The notes under the pieces are model-generated. The model had not been told where the DNA came from and did not search any database. It saw only the letters and a program-made list of their open reading frames with translations. From Macrostomum lignano (lineage: Eukaryota): a stretch of DNA of 64,000 bases. The DNA is taken from contig NIVC01001018.1 of assembly GCA_002269645.1 (NCBI GenBank), forward strand, positions 1-64,000, read 5' to 3'. Below, piece by piece: positions 22,401 to 36,100 of this stretch (position 1 is the first letter of the stretch; each line of letters opens with the position of its first letter). Made by a program: the position numbers and the translations under genes.

Positions 22401-25400
22401 TGCTAAAACAGAGTGCAATGTCTTGGAGTAAAGGGAGCTACAGAAAGAAGGATGAGAGTAAGACAACGGGAGAGGAGGCTAAAGCAGTGATAAAGAATAA
22501 TAAGACAATATGGAGGCTGTGCCATTGAATAAGGAAGATGAGGCGCTCGAAAAAGAGATTGACACTTAGAGTATATGAATAAGACAGTGAGAATAGATAG
22601 GTGTGAGAACCAAAATACATAGGTAAGACAGTGAGAATAGATAGGTGAGACAGTGAGAATAAATAGGTCAGACAGTGAGAATAGATTGGTGAGACAGTGG
22701 GAATAGATCGGTGAGAAACTGAGAATGGATAGATAAGTGAGACAGTGAGCATAGATAGGTAAAACAGTGAGAATAGACAGGTGAGACATTGAGAGTAGAT
22801 AGGTGCGACAGTGGGAATAGATTGATGAGGCAGTGGGAATGGATGTACTAGATAGTGATAATAGATAGACAGGTAAGCAATATGGCAGCCACACAAGGCA
22901 TCAGTAAACACTGGCAGCCCATGACACCGCACTCGCAGGTACGTGCTAACGGGCACCTGGGACGAGATGATCGAAGGAGCCCGCGTGTGCCGCGTTGACG
23001 ACACCAACCAGGCCAAGCCGGTGATGGAGACCCGCCAGGCCAGCGTTCTGTGGCGCCGGAATCCCAACCTACCCAACGCAGACAAGATGTACAATTTCAC
23101 TAAATTCGCCATCGAAATGAACGAGCCAGAGGACGGCGTTGCGCCAACAGATTCGCGACTTCGGCCAGATCAGCGCCTGATGGAGGACGGCCGCTGGGAC
23201 GAGGCTAATAAAGAGAAACTCCGGCTTGAGGAGAAACAGCGGGCTAAGAGGCGGCAACGCGAGGTCACAGTGGCGGCAGCAGCCGATGCGGACTCAACAG
23301 TCGCAGCTGGAGGATCGACGGGAGCAGCTGCCGGTCAGCTGGGTGAGTAGAGGAGCGTTGTACATGCGCTTAGGGCTTGTCTGTTTATTTTGCATTGATC
23401 CCGTTCCTGTGTCTTTTGTATTTTCTATATAAATCTGTGAGGCGCTGCCCCTCTTCGGGGAATTATTGGCGATCTGCTGGCCCTGAGGGGTAATTATTGG
23501 TGAACTGCTGTCCCTCCTCAGGGGGAATTATTGGTGATCTGCTGCCCCTCCTCAGGGGGAATTATTGGTGATCTGCTGCCCCTCCTCAGGGGGAATTATT
23601 GGTGATCTGCTGCACCTCCTCAGGGGGGAATTATTGGTGATCTGCTGCACCTCCTCAGGAGGGAATTATTGGTGATCTGCGGCCCCTCAGGGGGAATTAT
23701 TGGTGATCCGCTGCCCCTCCTCAGGGGGGATTATTGGTGATCTGCTGCCCCTCCTCAGGGGGAATTATTGGTGATCTGCTGCCCCTCCTCAGGGGGAATT
23801 ATTGGTGATCCGCTGCCCCTCCTCAGGGGGGATTATTGGTGATCTGCTGCCCCTCCTAAGGGGGAATTATTGGTGATCTGCTGCCCCTCCTCAGGGGGAA
23901 TTATTGGTGATCTGCTGCCCCTCCTCAGGGGGAATTATTGGTGATCCGCTGCCCCTCCTCAGGGGGGATTATTGGTGATCTGCTGCCCCTCCTAAGGGGG
24001 AATTATTGGTGATCTGCTGCACCTCCTCAGGGGGGAATTATTGGTGATCTGCTGCCCCTCCTCAGGGGGAATTATTGGTGATCTGCTGCCCCTCCTCAGG
24101 GGGAATTATTGGTGATCTGCTGCCCCTCCTCAGGGGGAATTATTGGTGATCTGCTGCCCCTCCTCAGGGGGAATTATTGGTGATCTGCTGCCCCTCCTCA
24201 GGGGGAATTATTGGTGATCTGCTGCCCCTCCTCAGGGGGAATTATTGGTGATCTGCTGCCCCTCCTCAGGGGGAATTATTGGTGATCTGCTGCCTCTTCT
24301 CAGGGGTATTATTATTGGTGAGCTGCTTGAAGTCATAGTGTGCCAATCTGTCGTACACCCTTTAGTATTCAATGCGGTTCCAGATGGCCACAAGCGCTGT
24401 ATGTGCTTTATTAGACTGAACGACTTCTGTTCGTTTTCTCGCTGGCAGGATTTGCTCAATTAATTAATTTTCTGCATTGATTTATAATGCTCTATCCATA
24501 TTGCACATGAAATTACTTTTCAAACCCCTAATTAACAGATGTACCCATGAAAATGCTTTCAACTTTGTTATCTTTGCACGTGAAATTCAAAGAAGCAACT
24601 CTTGCCTCCGTTATTGACCTGATAGTAGCTCGAATTTGACATTCTCCTCTGTTTCTCACGGGGTTGCGACTATTATTGACATTGGATATGTGTCAGCTCA
24701 CACCGCCTGTGTATAAATTATACCGTTTATCTGCAAATTAATTTCGGCGCAGACGACGCGCCGTTTTCAGACGCAGCAGTCGCTGCGGCCGCAGTCGCTG
24801 GTAACCAGTTTTACCCCTAGTGCCGACGCTAGCTAGCCTTAGTAGCAATTTCTGATTATAAATATTTGTTATTTCAGCTGGCAGTTCCAATTATTCTTTA
24901 GATACTTTTACTCTTTTACGTTAGCTAATACTCGCTATTTAGCATTTAGTATTTAGAGTACATGAGCAGATATATAATGTACTTAAGCAAATTAAATCTA
25001 GTAATTATAGCGCTACGTCATCTGCTTTTTAGCTACTGATTGTGAAAGTTATATAATCTCTGAATAGCTACTTATAGTAATAGCAACATACTTGCGTCAT
25101 TATAACATGAAATTTAGCTCTTTTTACTCTTATTTTTAGATCAATTGCTGAAATATATAATTAGTTATTAGTTTATTACATGCTAGTTATTTCACTGACT
25201 CACTCACTGACTCACTGATTGACTGACTGACTGACTGACTGACTGACTGACTGACTGACTGACTGACTGACTGACTGACTGACTGACTGACTGACTGACT
25301 GACTGACTGACTGACTGACTGACTGACTGACTGACTGACTGACTGACTGACTGACTGACTGACTGACTGACTGACTGACTGACTGACTGACTGACTGATT

Positions 25401-25541
25401 GGCTGACTGACTGACTGACTGACTGACTGACTGACTGACTGACTGACTGACTGACTCACTGACTCACTGACTGACTTACTCACTCACTCACTCACTGACT
25501 CACTGACTTGAGTGAGTGGGTGACTGACTCACTGACTGACT

Positions 25542-25581
<40 letters not shown>

Positions 25582-25582
25582 C

Positions 25583-25616
<34 letters not shown>

Positions 25617-25630
25617 TGACTCACTCACTC

Positions 25631-25661
<31 letters not shown>

Positions 25662-25907
25662 CACTGACTGACTGACTGACTGACTCACTGACTGACTCAC
25701 TGACTTACTGACTGACTGACTGACTGATTGACACACTCACTCACTCACTCACTCACTCACTCACTCACTTACTCACTCACTCACTCACTGACTGACTGAC
25801 TGACTGACTGACTCACTGACTCACTGACTGACTCACTCACTCACTCACTGACTCACTGACTTGAGTGAGTGGGTGACTGACTCACTGACTTACTGACTGA
25901 CTGACTC

Positions 25908-25941
<34 letters not shown>

Positions 25942-25955
25942 TGACTGACTCACTC

Positions 25956-25986
<31 letters not shown>

Positions 25987-27025
25987 CACTGACTGACTGA
26001 CTGACTGACTGACTGACTGACTGACTCACTCACTGACTGACTCACTGACTTACTGACTGACCGACTGACTGATTGACACACTCACTCACTCACTCACTCA
26101 CTCACTCACTCACTCACTCACTCACTCACTCACTCACTCACTGACTGACTCACTGACTCACTGACTGACTCACTCACTCACTCACTCACTGACTCACTGA
26201 CTGACTGACTCACTCACTCACTCACTGACTCACTGACTCACTGACTGACTCACTCACTCACTCACTCACTGACTCACTGACTGACTGACTCACTCACTCA
26301 CTCACTGACTGACTGACTCACTGACTGACTGACTGACTGACTGACTCACTCACTCACTCACTCACTCACTCACTCACTCACTCACTGACTGACTCACTCA
26401 CTGACTGACTCACTGACTCACTGACTCACTGACTGACTGACTCACTCACTCACTCACTCACTCACTCACTCACTGACTGACTCACTGACTGACTCACTGA
26501 CTCACTGACTGACTCACTGACTGACTCACTGACTCACTCACTCACTCACTCACTCACTCACTCACTCACTCACTCACTCACTCACTCACTGACTGACTGA
26601 CTGACTGACTGACTCACTGACTGACTCACTGACTCACTCACTCACTCACTCACTCACTCACTCACTCACTCACTCACTCACTCACTCACTCACTGACTGA
26701 CTGACTGACTGACTGACTGACTGACTGACTCACTGACTGACTGACTCACTGACTCACTCACTCACTGACTCACTCACTCACTGACTGACTGACTTGAGTG
26801 AGTGGGTGACTGACTGACTGACTGTCTGACTTACTCACTGACTCACTGACTGACTCCCAACCCACCCCCCTACTCATCGCAGAGCATGGGGCCCCAGAGT
26901 TCGAGCCGGTGTGGTTCAAGCTGCAGCAGGACGAGATCACTGGCAACAGCATTCACCGCTTCACTGGCGACTATTGGGCCTGCAAGGAGCGAGCGGATTG
27001 GTCAAAGTGTCCCGACCTGTACTGA
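11015..27025 (+). CDS. OSBP: Oxysterol-binding protein (PH domain, FFAT-like motif, ORD), 8 coding exons, 861 aa
   Basis: Exons 11015-11142, 13755-13960, 17876-18153, 19716-19926, 20791-21647, 21937-22295, 22939-23342, 26883-27025; all GT-AG, total 2586 nt in frame. PH domain [21 protein letters not shown]...[13 protein letters not shown]-like [12 protein letters not shown] signatures [25 protein letters not shown] and EQ|VSHHPP. Confidence 0.97.
14010..14960 (+). repeat. About 23-bp minisatellite (GGCAGAGTAGCTCAGCGCTAGAA), roughly 40 copies
   Basis: Direct tandem repetition starting about 50 bp after OSBP exon 2. Confidence 0.95.
15405..15660. repeat. About 22-bp pyrimidine-rich minisatellite (CTCCCCTTCATCTCCCATTGCA)
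   Basis: Tandem copies visible. Confidence 0.9.
16420..17815. repeat. 30-bp satellite (GGGATTAGTAGGATTGGGGAGCATTAGATT) with higher-order structure
   Basis: The array is interrupted three times (about 16541, 17003, 17551) by the same roughly 58-bp non-repeat unit GAATTGCGAAAAGTCGGTCAACTAACGAGGTTCATTTTTAG. Confidence 0.9.
18325..18785. repeat. 35-36 bp minisatellite (GATTCCCCATCTCTGAGATCCCAGATTTCCAATCCC)
   Basis: Tandem copies; source of spurious periodic ORFs. Confidence 0.93.
20006..20705. repeat. 15-bp minisatellite (GTGTCATTGTGGATG)
   Basis: Over 40 tandem copies in OSBP intron 4. Confidence 0.95.
21642..21857 (+). repeat. 30-bp minisatellite overlapping the OSBP exon 5 splice donor
   Basis: Seven copies of GAGCAG|GTAGGACTGCAGCAGGGTTGGT(A/C)T. 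Confidence 0.95.
23445..24320. repeat. 34-bp minisatellite (GGGGAATTATTGGTGATCTGCTGCCCCTCCTCAG)
   Basis: Tandem copies in OSBP intron 7. Confidence 0.95.
25190..26855. repeat. Compound tetranucleotide microsatellite (GACT)n/(CACT)n
   Basis: About 1.65 kb running up to about 25 bp before the acceptor of the last OSBP exon. Confidence 0.97.
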
Positions 27026-27439
27026 TGCGCTGATCATATGCTAGTTAGCCTACTTATCTTAGTAGCACGATTAGTACATGAATTAGTCATTAGTTTTACA
27101 TTGCTTATAAAGACGATTATGTCGTTTTTTAAACCTTATTTTATGGATTATTAATCTCAAATCTGTTGTCTGTTGTGCCTCTTCGGAGCATCATTTGCTT
27201 GCTCATTGTTTGTCTTCGTGCCAGGCATAAACCGGAGAGGTTGACAGCTCTGTATTTTTAATCTAGAAACTATTTTGAATACTCTACGGACTCTTTTGTT
27301 AACTTTTAATTTTGTGTTTGTTTCTCCTAAAATTTGGCATTTCTACTGATAACTGATTGTAATATGTCACAGCTAAACTACTTGCAAGTAGGATGACATG
27401 GGTTCTTGGTTACAAACTGTGTACGTTAGTGTCAAATTT

Positions 27440-28515
27440 TTCGTCTTGGTTAGACATGTTCGGGTTGTGTCCGAGATTGCAGTCTTGACTGCATGTTCGG
27501 GTTGTGTCCGAGCTTGCAGTCTTGACTGCATGTTCGGGTTGTGTCCGAGATTGCAGTCTTGGTTGTACATGTTCGGGTCGTGTCCGAGATTGCACTCTTG
27601 GTTGTGCGAGTTGTGTCCGAAATTGCAGTCTTGGTTGTGCATGTTCGGGTCGTGTCCGAGATTGCACTCTTGGTTGTGCGAGTTGTGTCCGAAATTGCAG
27701 TCTTGGTTGTGCATGTTCGAGTTGTGTCCGAAATTGCAGTCTTGGTTGTGCGAGTTGTGTCCGAGATTGCAGTCTCGGTTGTGCATGTTTGAGTTGTGTC
27801 CGAAATTGCAGTCTTGGTTGTGCGAGTTGTGTCCGAGATTGCAGTCTCGGTTGTGCATGTTTGAGTTGTGTCCGAAATTGCAGTCTTGGTTGTGCATGTT
27901 CGAGTTGTGTCTGAAATTGCAGTCTTGGTTGTGCGAGTTGTGTCCGAGATTGCAGTCTTGGTTGTGCGATTTGTGTCCGAGATTGCAGTCTTGGTTGTGC
28001 GATTTGTGTCCGAGATTGCAGTCTTGGTTGTGCATGTTTGAGTTGTGTCTGAGATTGCAGTCTTGGTTGTACATGTTCGGGTTGTGTCGAGATCCAGTTT
28101 TGGTTGTGCATGGTAGAGTTGTGTCCGAAATTGCAGTCTTGGTTGTGCGAGTTGTGTCCGAGATTGCAGTCTTGGTTGTGCGAGTTGTGTCCGAGATTTC
28201 AGTCTTGGTTGTGCGAGTTGTGTCCGAGATTGCAGTCTTGGTTGTGCGAGTTGTGTCCGAGATTGCAGTCTTGGTTGTGCGAGTTGTGTCCGAGATTTCA
28301 GTCTTGGTTGTGCGAGTTGTGTCCGAGATTGCAGTCTTGGTTGTGCGAGTTGTGTCCGAGATTGCAGTCTTGGTTGTGCATGTTTGAGTTGTGTCCGAGA
28401 TTGCAGTCTTGGTTGTGCATGTTTGAGTTGTGTCTGAGATTGCAGTCTTGGTTGTACATGTTCGGGTTGTGTCGAGATCCAGTTTTGGTTGTGCATGGTA
28501 GAGTTGTGTCCGAGA
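27440..28515. repeat. Minisatellite with core GAGTTGTGTCCGAGATTGCAGTCTTGGTTGTGC and longer variants
   Basis: Intergenic tandem array between OSBP and the MCT gene. Confidence 0.93.
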
Positions 28516-29779
28516 TATCGGTATTGTTAGTGGTGTGCTTTTTCGAAGCGTATTATTTTTAATAGTAAAAATAGTAGATATTGTTATGGGAAAGTTTGCG
28601 CCTGCTTTGACGCTATGACATATAAAATGTTTAACAAAAAAACAAAGAAGGTCCATCAAGCGCCCTTGGTGTTTCTTTCCAAGCATTCGAAGTATATTTT
28701 TCTGTTTGTAGTTTATCGATCAACTTTCACCTGTTGCTGTCAGCTGTTTCACTCTTACCTGCACTCCGATTTGATTTATTGCTTAAAACGGATGGAAGCT
28801 TCGGCTCTAGAAAATATACGTTCAGTATTGTCATTATTTATTTATTTGTTTGTTTATTTGCTATCTGCTTCAGGTCGTTGCTCTGCCCTTGTTAAACTAG
28901 ATTTATAACAAATACGATTTTACAAATTTGCCCATAAATACGAGGGGTGTTGAATAAGTTTCCCGAAATTTTAGCCACAACTTTTTTGCACAGCTGCTTT
29001 ATTGATTGGTAAAAAACCTGCAAATCGATTCGGAACTGTAAATTGGCACCCGGCTTTATTGGAGTGAGTGAAAATTCAGTAGCTTAAAGGTTCGAATCTC
29101 ACATTTTTACGGTCTAGAAGCTGATGCAGTTGTCACCGTTACTCCTAGTGTTATTGTGTTATTATTGAGTCCATTCTCTGATCTTATATCTTTTTTGTTG
29201 TTCGCCTAAAATTTAACTATGCATTGTCTTTCTGCACTACTGATAGTAAAAATATAAGTAAGCAACAAGTAAAACATTAGACGAAACTATAAAGATGTTT
29301 AACAATTCTTGGCGGTTGCGGTTGCAGTATAAATATAATGCATAAAAATTAATACTATTTTATTGTCCGTTGTTATCGCAGAGTTATTATTATATTTATG
29401 TTTACAATTAGCAGACTGTCCAGTTGCTTTTTATTTTCCAGTCCATTTTTTAATCATTATTATTCTTGTTCATTACAGGCTGCTCCTCACATTGTGCACC
29501 AAAATATTTTAACTTTACATTAAACATTATTTCTTGTTGTGGCATGCACTCGTGAAATGCCTCTATTTGGAACAACTGTTTAGCATACTTACAATAGAAA
29601 TGAATTTATTGATAATTAAAAGTATCACATCCATACGTTGCTATGGTTTGTTTGATTGAATTCTTGTATTGAATTCTTCAGTTAATTGTGGTGTTAAGTT
29701 TTTAAAAATTATTTTACAAGTAGTCTGTCTGTCGTGAATTATTGTTATTGTTGGCTGCTGCTACATAAGCGGGTGGTTA

Positions 29780-30015
29780 GGGAAGGTGGGGTGGTGTGTG
29801 GGCAGAGTAGGTAGGGTGGTTTGTGGGTTGAGAAGGTAGGGTGGTTTGAGGCAGGAGAAGGTAGGGTGGTTTGTGGCAGGAGAAGGTAGGGTGGTTTGAG
29901 GGTGGAAAAGGTAGGGTGGTTTGAGGCAGGAGAAGGTAGGGTGGTTTGAGGCAGGAGAAGGTAGGGTGGTTTGAGGGTGGAGAAGGTAGGGTGGTTTGAA
30001 GGTGGAGAAGGTGGG
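29780..30015. repeat. 25-bp G-rich minisatellite (GTAGGGTGGTTTGAGGCAGGAGAAG)
   Basis: Tandem copies about 100 bp upstream of the first supported MCT exon. Confidence 0.88.
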
Positions 30016-30110
30016 GTGGAGTATGGGTGAAATAGGTTTAGTATCCAGTTGCCTGTTTTCCTGTATGTTCATATTTTTTTCGATACATATCGGCTTAATT
30101 TTATTTTCAG

Positions 30111-33100
30111 CCTGGCCACGCCGATGCAGCGACGCGGGGAGCGGAGGGGCCGGCTCCTAAGTCCGCCCCAGTCGAGGACGGCGTGGAGGAGGCTGATGCA
30201 TCCAACACTGACGGAAGCCGCAGCATGGAGTTCGTAGTGGTGACGACGGATAATGACGGAGGATCCGCGCTGGACGGCGGCTACGGCTGGGCGGTGGTGG
30301 GCGCCGCCTTCATGGTCAACCTGCTGGCGGACGGCATCACCTTCTCGTTCGGCCTGCTGCTCACTGAGCTGTTCAACTCGCTGGGCGACTCCCGCGAGCA
30401 GCTGGCCTGGATCAGCTCGCTGCTGTGCGGCGCGCCGCTGCTGCTGGGACCTGTCACCTCCGTGCTTGTCGACAGGTCAGCGCACCTGGCCTGCACTCCT
30501 CATCTGCTTCTTCATCCGCTCCACATCAGTTGCGACACTCATCCGCCCCCATCACCCACTCTCATCCGCCCCCATCACCCACTCTCATCCGCCCCATCAC
30601 CCACTCTAATCCGCCCCATCACCCACTCTCATCCGCCCCCATCACCCACTCTCATCCGCCCCCATCACCCACTCTCATCCGCCCCCATCACCCACTCTCA
30701 TCCGCCCCATCCTCACTCTCATTTGACCTATCCCCACTCTCATCCGCCCCCATCACCCACTCTCATCCGCCCCATCACCCACTCTCATTCGCCCCATCAC
30801 CCACTCTCATCCGCCCCAATCACCCACTCTCATCCGCCCCCATCACCCACTCTCATCCGCCCCATCACCCACTCTCATCCGCCCCCATCACCCACTCTCA
30901 TCCGCCCCAATCACCCACTCTCATCCGCCCCCATCCCCTGAACTCTCATCCGCCCCAGCCCCAACTCTCATCCGCCCCAGCCCCAACTTTTATCCGCCCC
31001 TATCAACACTCTCATCCGCCCCACCCATACTCTCATCCGCCCCAATCACCCACTCTCATCCGCCCCAGCCCCAACTCTCATCTGCCCCATCCCCAACTTT
31101 CATCCGCCCCCATCACCCATTCTCATCCGCCCCATCCTCACTCTCATCCGCCCCCATCCCCACTCTCATCCGCCCCCACGCCACCGCAGGTTCGGCTGCC
31201 GGCGGGTGTGCATGGCCGGCGGGCTGCTGTCGGGCGCCGGTTTCGCTGTGGTATTCGCGGGGCCGCCCAGCCGCTTACTGGTGGTGCTGTCGGCTGGCCT
31301 GGTGTCAGGCCTGGGCCTGGGGCTGTGCTACATGCCGGCGGTCACGTCAGTGTCCTATTATTTCCGAAGACGCAGAGCTCTGGCCACTGGCATCTCGGTA
31401 TCGGGTTCGGGCGTTGGCACCCTGTTATTCGCCTACATCACCGGAGCCTGTCTGAACACCTACGGTTGGCGGGGCTCGTTTCTACTGTTAGGCGGACTGC
31501 TGTTTAATCTGTGCGCCTGCGGTGCGCTGCTTAGACCCCTGGCGCCTCGACTGAAACGGACCAGGCTGCGATTGGACAAGGCCAATCAGGCCGAGTCGAG
31601 GCATAATGTTGCGCTTCGGCTGGGTAAATTTTTCGAATTTTAATAATTGCCTTCAAATTCAACTTGAACTCTTAAACGTTTAAAATACTATTCCATTGTT
31701 TGTCAGATATGGCTCCCATGCTGTTCACATCTCTTAGTAAAAATTCCTTTCGCAAAGTTCAGAATCCCTACATTAATCCCCGAGTTCAAAAACCCCATAT
31801 TAATCCCCGAGTTCAGAATCCCCATATTAATCCCCGAGTTCAAAAACCCCATATTAATCCCCGAGTTCAAAAACCCCATATTAATCCCCGAGTTCAGAAT
31901 CCCCATATTAACCCCCGAGTTCAGAATCCCATTTGGGATAAGGTTCCCATTTCAACTTTTATCAACAGACTTATCTTGCACCCTCTAGATGGAAGCGGAA
32001 ACCGTGGCGAGCTGTCGCTAGCCAGGCGTCACCTGTTTCTTCTGTCTCGAGGCTCCGCCGCTGGCTCCGCTGTCGAGAAGTCGGTGAACAACGCTGAATG
32101 CAACCAGATAGACGACATTGAATCCAGCATTACTGACAGGACTGAAGGCCAGATTGCCAAGTTTGTTGCTTTTTGTTCTCTTCTATTGGGAGTGGAACTA
32201 GAGATGGAATCACAAGGCAGGCAGCTGGAGACAGGGAAGCTGGAGCAGTGAAAAGGAGATATTTAGACACTGGCAGAGAGACGTAGGCATTAGTAGGGAG
32301 AGAAGTAGACAGTGTAAATTAGATAGGCAGTGGAAAGAGTTAGTTGGATGAAAGGAGATAGACAGAAGGAGGGAGAGAGCCGAGAGGTAAACAGTATGAC
32401 AGAGAAAGGTAGACAGTAGGAGGGAGAGATGTACACAGTAGGAGGGAGAGAGGTAGACAGTAGGACAGAGAGAAGTAGACAGTAGTACAGAGAAAGGTAG
32501 ACAGTAGGAGGGAGAGATGTACACAGTAGGACAGAGAAGGTAGACAGTAGGAGGGAGAGAAGTAGACAGTAGGAGGGAGAGAGATAGACTGTAGGAGGGA
32601 GAGAAGTAGACAGTAGGAGGGAGAGAGATAGACTGTAGGAGGGAGAGGTAGACTGTCATGAACGCGAATTGTGGTCGATTGCCTTTTTGTCCGAATAGGA
32701 AATAATTTCAACAGCTTTTATTTGTTAGCTATGAGGCAACTTAGGCAACTTAGAATTCTTGAGGTACGAACGAACGAACGACCTCTTAGCTCTTACAGGG
32801 ACACGCCAGGTTGGAACATAGATAATAAGATGAGGCACCGCTTTTGCTATAAGCAACGAAACTAACGAGTATGCGATAACATAGCACTGATAGCATAGCA
32901 TGTCCCCCTTTCGATGAGAACTTCGATGAGGTCATGAAATGTGAATAAACAAATCCATAAAGGTGTAGGTTGTAGTTAGAGCTCCAATACGACAGAGTTA
33001 GAACATTAACAGATTATGGCACAAAACGATCAGGTGCATGCCAAGCTCGTGTGCTTCTGCGCGGTGCATGTCCAGCTTCCTGTTGGTCATTCATAGGCTG

Positions 33101-36100
33101 ATCCTCCTGGTCCGGAAGCTCGAAAGCGGCTTCCTCCTCCTCTTCAGTCCCAGGTAGCGGGGTGATTTTGTTGTTGCTCGCCAGTCGCAACTTGTCCTCA
33201 GCTAACAGCCAGGAGGTATTGTGTCCTCGCGACATCAGAAACTCAGTTTGGGAGGAAGGAGCATCAGAGTTGGGCTTGTATACCACTTTGGCGCCCTGTT
33301 AAAACGCAGAAACTACTGGAACTCGAAGGGGACGTCCAAAGAGCAATTCAGCCGGCCTCTTGCCGCGCCACAGAGAGGAGTTGCGGTGGTGCAGGAGCAC
33401 TTTCTGCATGTAGGAAATAAAGTCACAGTGAGTCAGTCGCTGAGTCCAGGCCTTAAGGGCCCTCTTAACTGTCTGCACAGCGCGCTCTGCGGTGCCGTTG
33501 GATTGCGGTGAGTAGAGCGGCGATTCCAACTTGCGCGCTCCGTTAGCTTGTAGCCAGTCCAGCAAAACTTCAGATGTAAATTCGGCCCCGCTATCGGAAA
33601 CTACGACCTCTGGAACACCAAACCGGTAAAAAACAGTCCGAAGGCACTTTAGGACGCTGTCGGCAGATCTATCCTTTGATGGAAAGGCCTCGATCCATCC
33701 GGAAAAGGCATCGACAACTATCAGAATGTTCCCGACTTCAGGCACGAAGACCCAATCCATGTGGATTCTCTGGAATGGGGCCGATTCCGGGGGCCAAATG
33801 TCGCGTGACTTCATCAGACGGGGCCTTAATTTAGCGCATGCGTAGCACTGGCGCACAAACTCCTCCGTGTCGTGGTGCATTCCAGGCCACCAGCAGGTTA
33901 GAGACAGTATGTTGAAGGTTGCCGAAACTCCCGAATGAGTGTCGTGAACCGCTTTAAATGCTTCGAGGCGCAACCCAGGCGGAATGAAGACACGCCTTCT
34001 CATGTACAACAGACCATTTTCAATCGTCAGGCACTCAGCTACCTTCTTGAACGGCATCTCAGCTTCCGAGCAGTCCTTCCAGTTTCCTGTACGGACCGAC
34101 CCTCTTCATCACCCGCTGAGTTAAGGAGTCGGCAGCGAGTTCACTAGCAATTCGCTGAGGATCCACTTTAGGGGACTCGAATGCCACACAGTAAATGGAC
34201 TCAACGATCTCCTTTGGCTCCGAGTCTACTTTTTCAAATGGCAGGCGCGAGAGCGCATTTGCGTGTGGGATCTTTACACCGGGAATGTACTGAATTTCGA
34301 AATCAAACTGCATCAAATACAGTGCCCATCGACTGATCCTGGCCGAAGTATTTGTGGGAATCGCACCACCAAAAAGGCGCAGGAGTGGTTGGTGGTCTGT
34401 CTGGACTGTGAATCTTCTTCCCTGGAGGTAGTGCTTCAGACGGCACACTGCCCAAAAAATTGCAAGTGCCTCCCTTTCGATGTTAGAGTAGTTCTCTTCA
34501 GCTTGCGAGAGCGTTCTGGAAAGGAAGATTACCGGATAGCCTTCCTATGTCAGTACACCTGCCAGCGCTCCTTTAGATGCATCCGTCGTCAGCGTGACCT
34601 CCTTCTCAAGACAGTCTTCCGACCAGATAAAGGGAGTGGCGGGCTTGCGCAGACGGTTCAGTGGTGCAACTTTAGAAGAGAATTCAGGAATGAAGCGTCC
34701 AAAAAAATTGACCAATCCTAAAAACTGCTCAACCTCCTTCTTCGAACTCGGGATGGATATGCGCTGGATCTTTTCTACCAGCTTGTCATCGGGCCAGATC
34801 CCAGCCGCCGAAATCTTAAAGCCGAGGAAGGTAATCTCATCGCATAAGTCAATGCACTTTTTCTCATTGATACTGACTTTTTTCTCGGCCAGTCTCGTCT
34901 TAACCGAGGTAAGTCGCTTACTACGCGAGTCGGCATTCTCAGCAAAAACAGGAACATCATCCTGATTTTAGATCGGTCAGGATGCTCTCCATCGCCCTTT
35001 GGAATATAAATGAAGCATTTTTCATGCCCATCTGCAGTCGCTTGACATGATAGAGTCCACGTGAAGTGTTGATGGTTGAAAGCTCCTGTGCCTCCTCATA
35101 AAGAGCCATTTGCCAGTAGGCCGATCGTAGGTCTACCTTTGCAAACTTCTTAGCGTTCTTTAGCTTGGCAAACAGGTGCTCAGTAGATGGAATGGGGTAC
35201 GAGTCCGACTTTATCTTCGCATTTACATGAACCTTATAGTCAGCGCACATTCTGAGCGATCCATCAGATTTCTTGACCCACACCACGGGAGAAGCATTAC
35301 TTACCGGTCCTTCCACCGGCTCAATGACGCCCAACTGCTGCAGTTTCTCAAGTTCGGCGTTGATTTCCTGTTCCATGGCTAGCAGGACCGGGCGAGCACG
35401 GCAGAACTGAGGCGTCGTCCCCTCAAGTAGCTCCATGTGGGCCTTGACACCCTTGATCGTTGGCAGGGGCTCGACTGCCGGTGGCGCAGATGCTGTTGCT
35501 CCGTGGAAGATTGCATCAGAGTCCAGCAAGTCTAGCCCCAAAAGGCCGAACGACTTTGAGGACGAAACAACCATAAGCTCCATGGGATGCAGGCGTTTAC
35601 GTAGCTCTACTACAGTCACAAGCTTGCCCAGTGTCTTCAGGCTATGTCCATCGTACGCCTCCAGGCGCCGGTTACACTCTTTTAGCTGCGGTCAGTTCAG
35701 ATCTTCCCAGATCTTTGACAAGAGCACTGAGACAGAAGCACCGGTGTCCACCTGCATAGGAATCTTGACACCGTTTAGTAGCATAGTCTCCGAGGCTTCA
35801 GAAATGGCATGCACTTGGCCTACATCAGCCAGATGAAGTAGATCCGCTCGATCGTGCGTAGAGTCGCTAAGGGGGGAGAGAGGTAGACAGTAGGAGGGAT
35901 AGAGGTAAACAGTAGGACAGAGAAAGGTAGACGGTAGGAGGGAGAGAAGTAAACAGTAGGAGGGAGAGAGGTAGACAGTACAAAGCAACAAACCTTCCCT
36001 TCCCACCGCAGGCTGGCTCACCTGCTGCGGCGGCCAGTCTACCTTCTATTGCTGGCGTCCAACTTTCTGTTATATTTCTGGTACAACATCACCTATTACT

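Noticed and set aside
28941-28975. Mariner-like TIR (TA CGAGGGGTGTTGAATAAGTTT)
   Set aside because: No partner TIR or transposase found in the window; at most a solo remnant.
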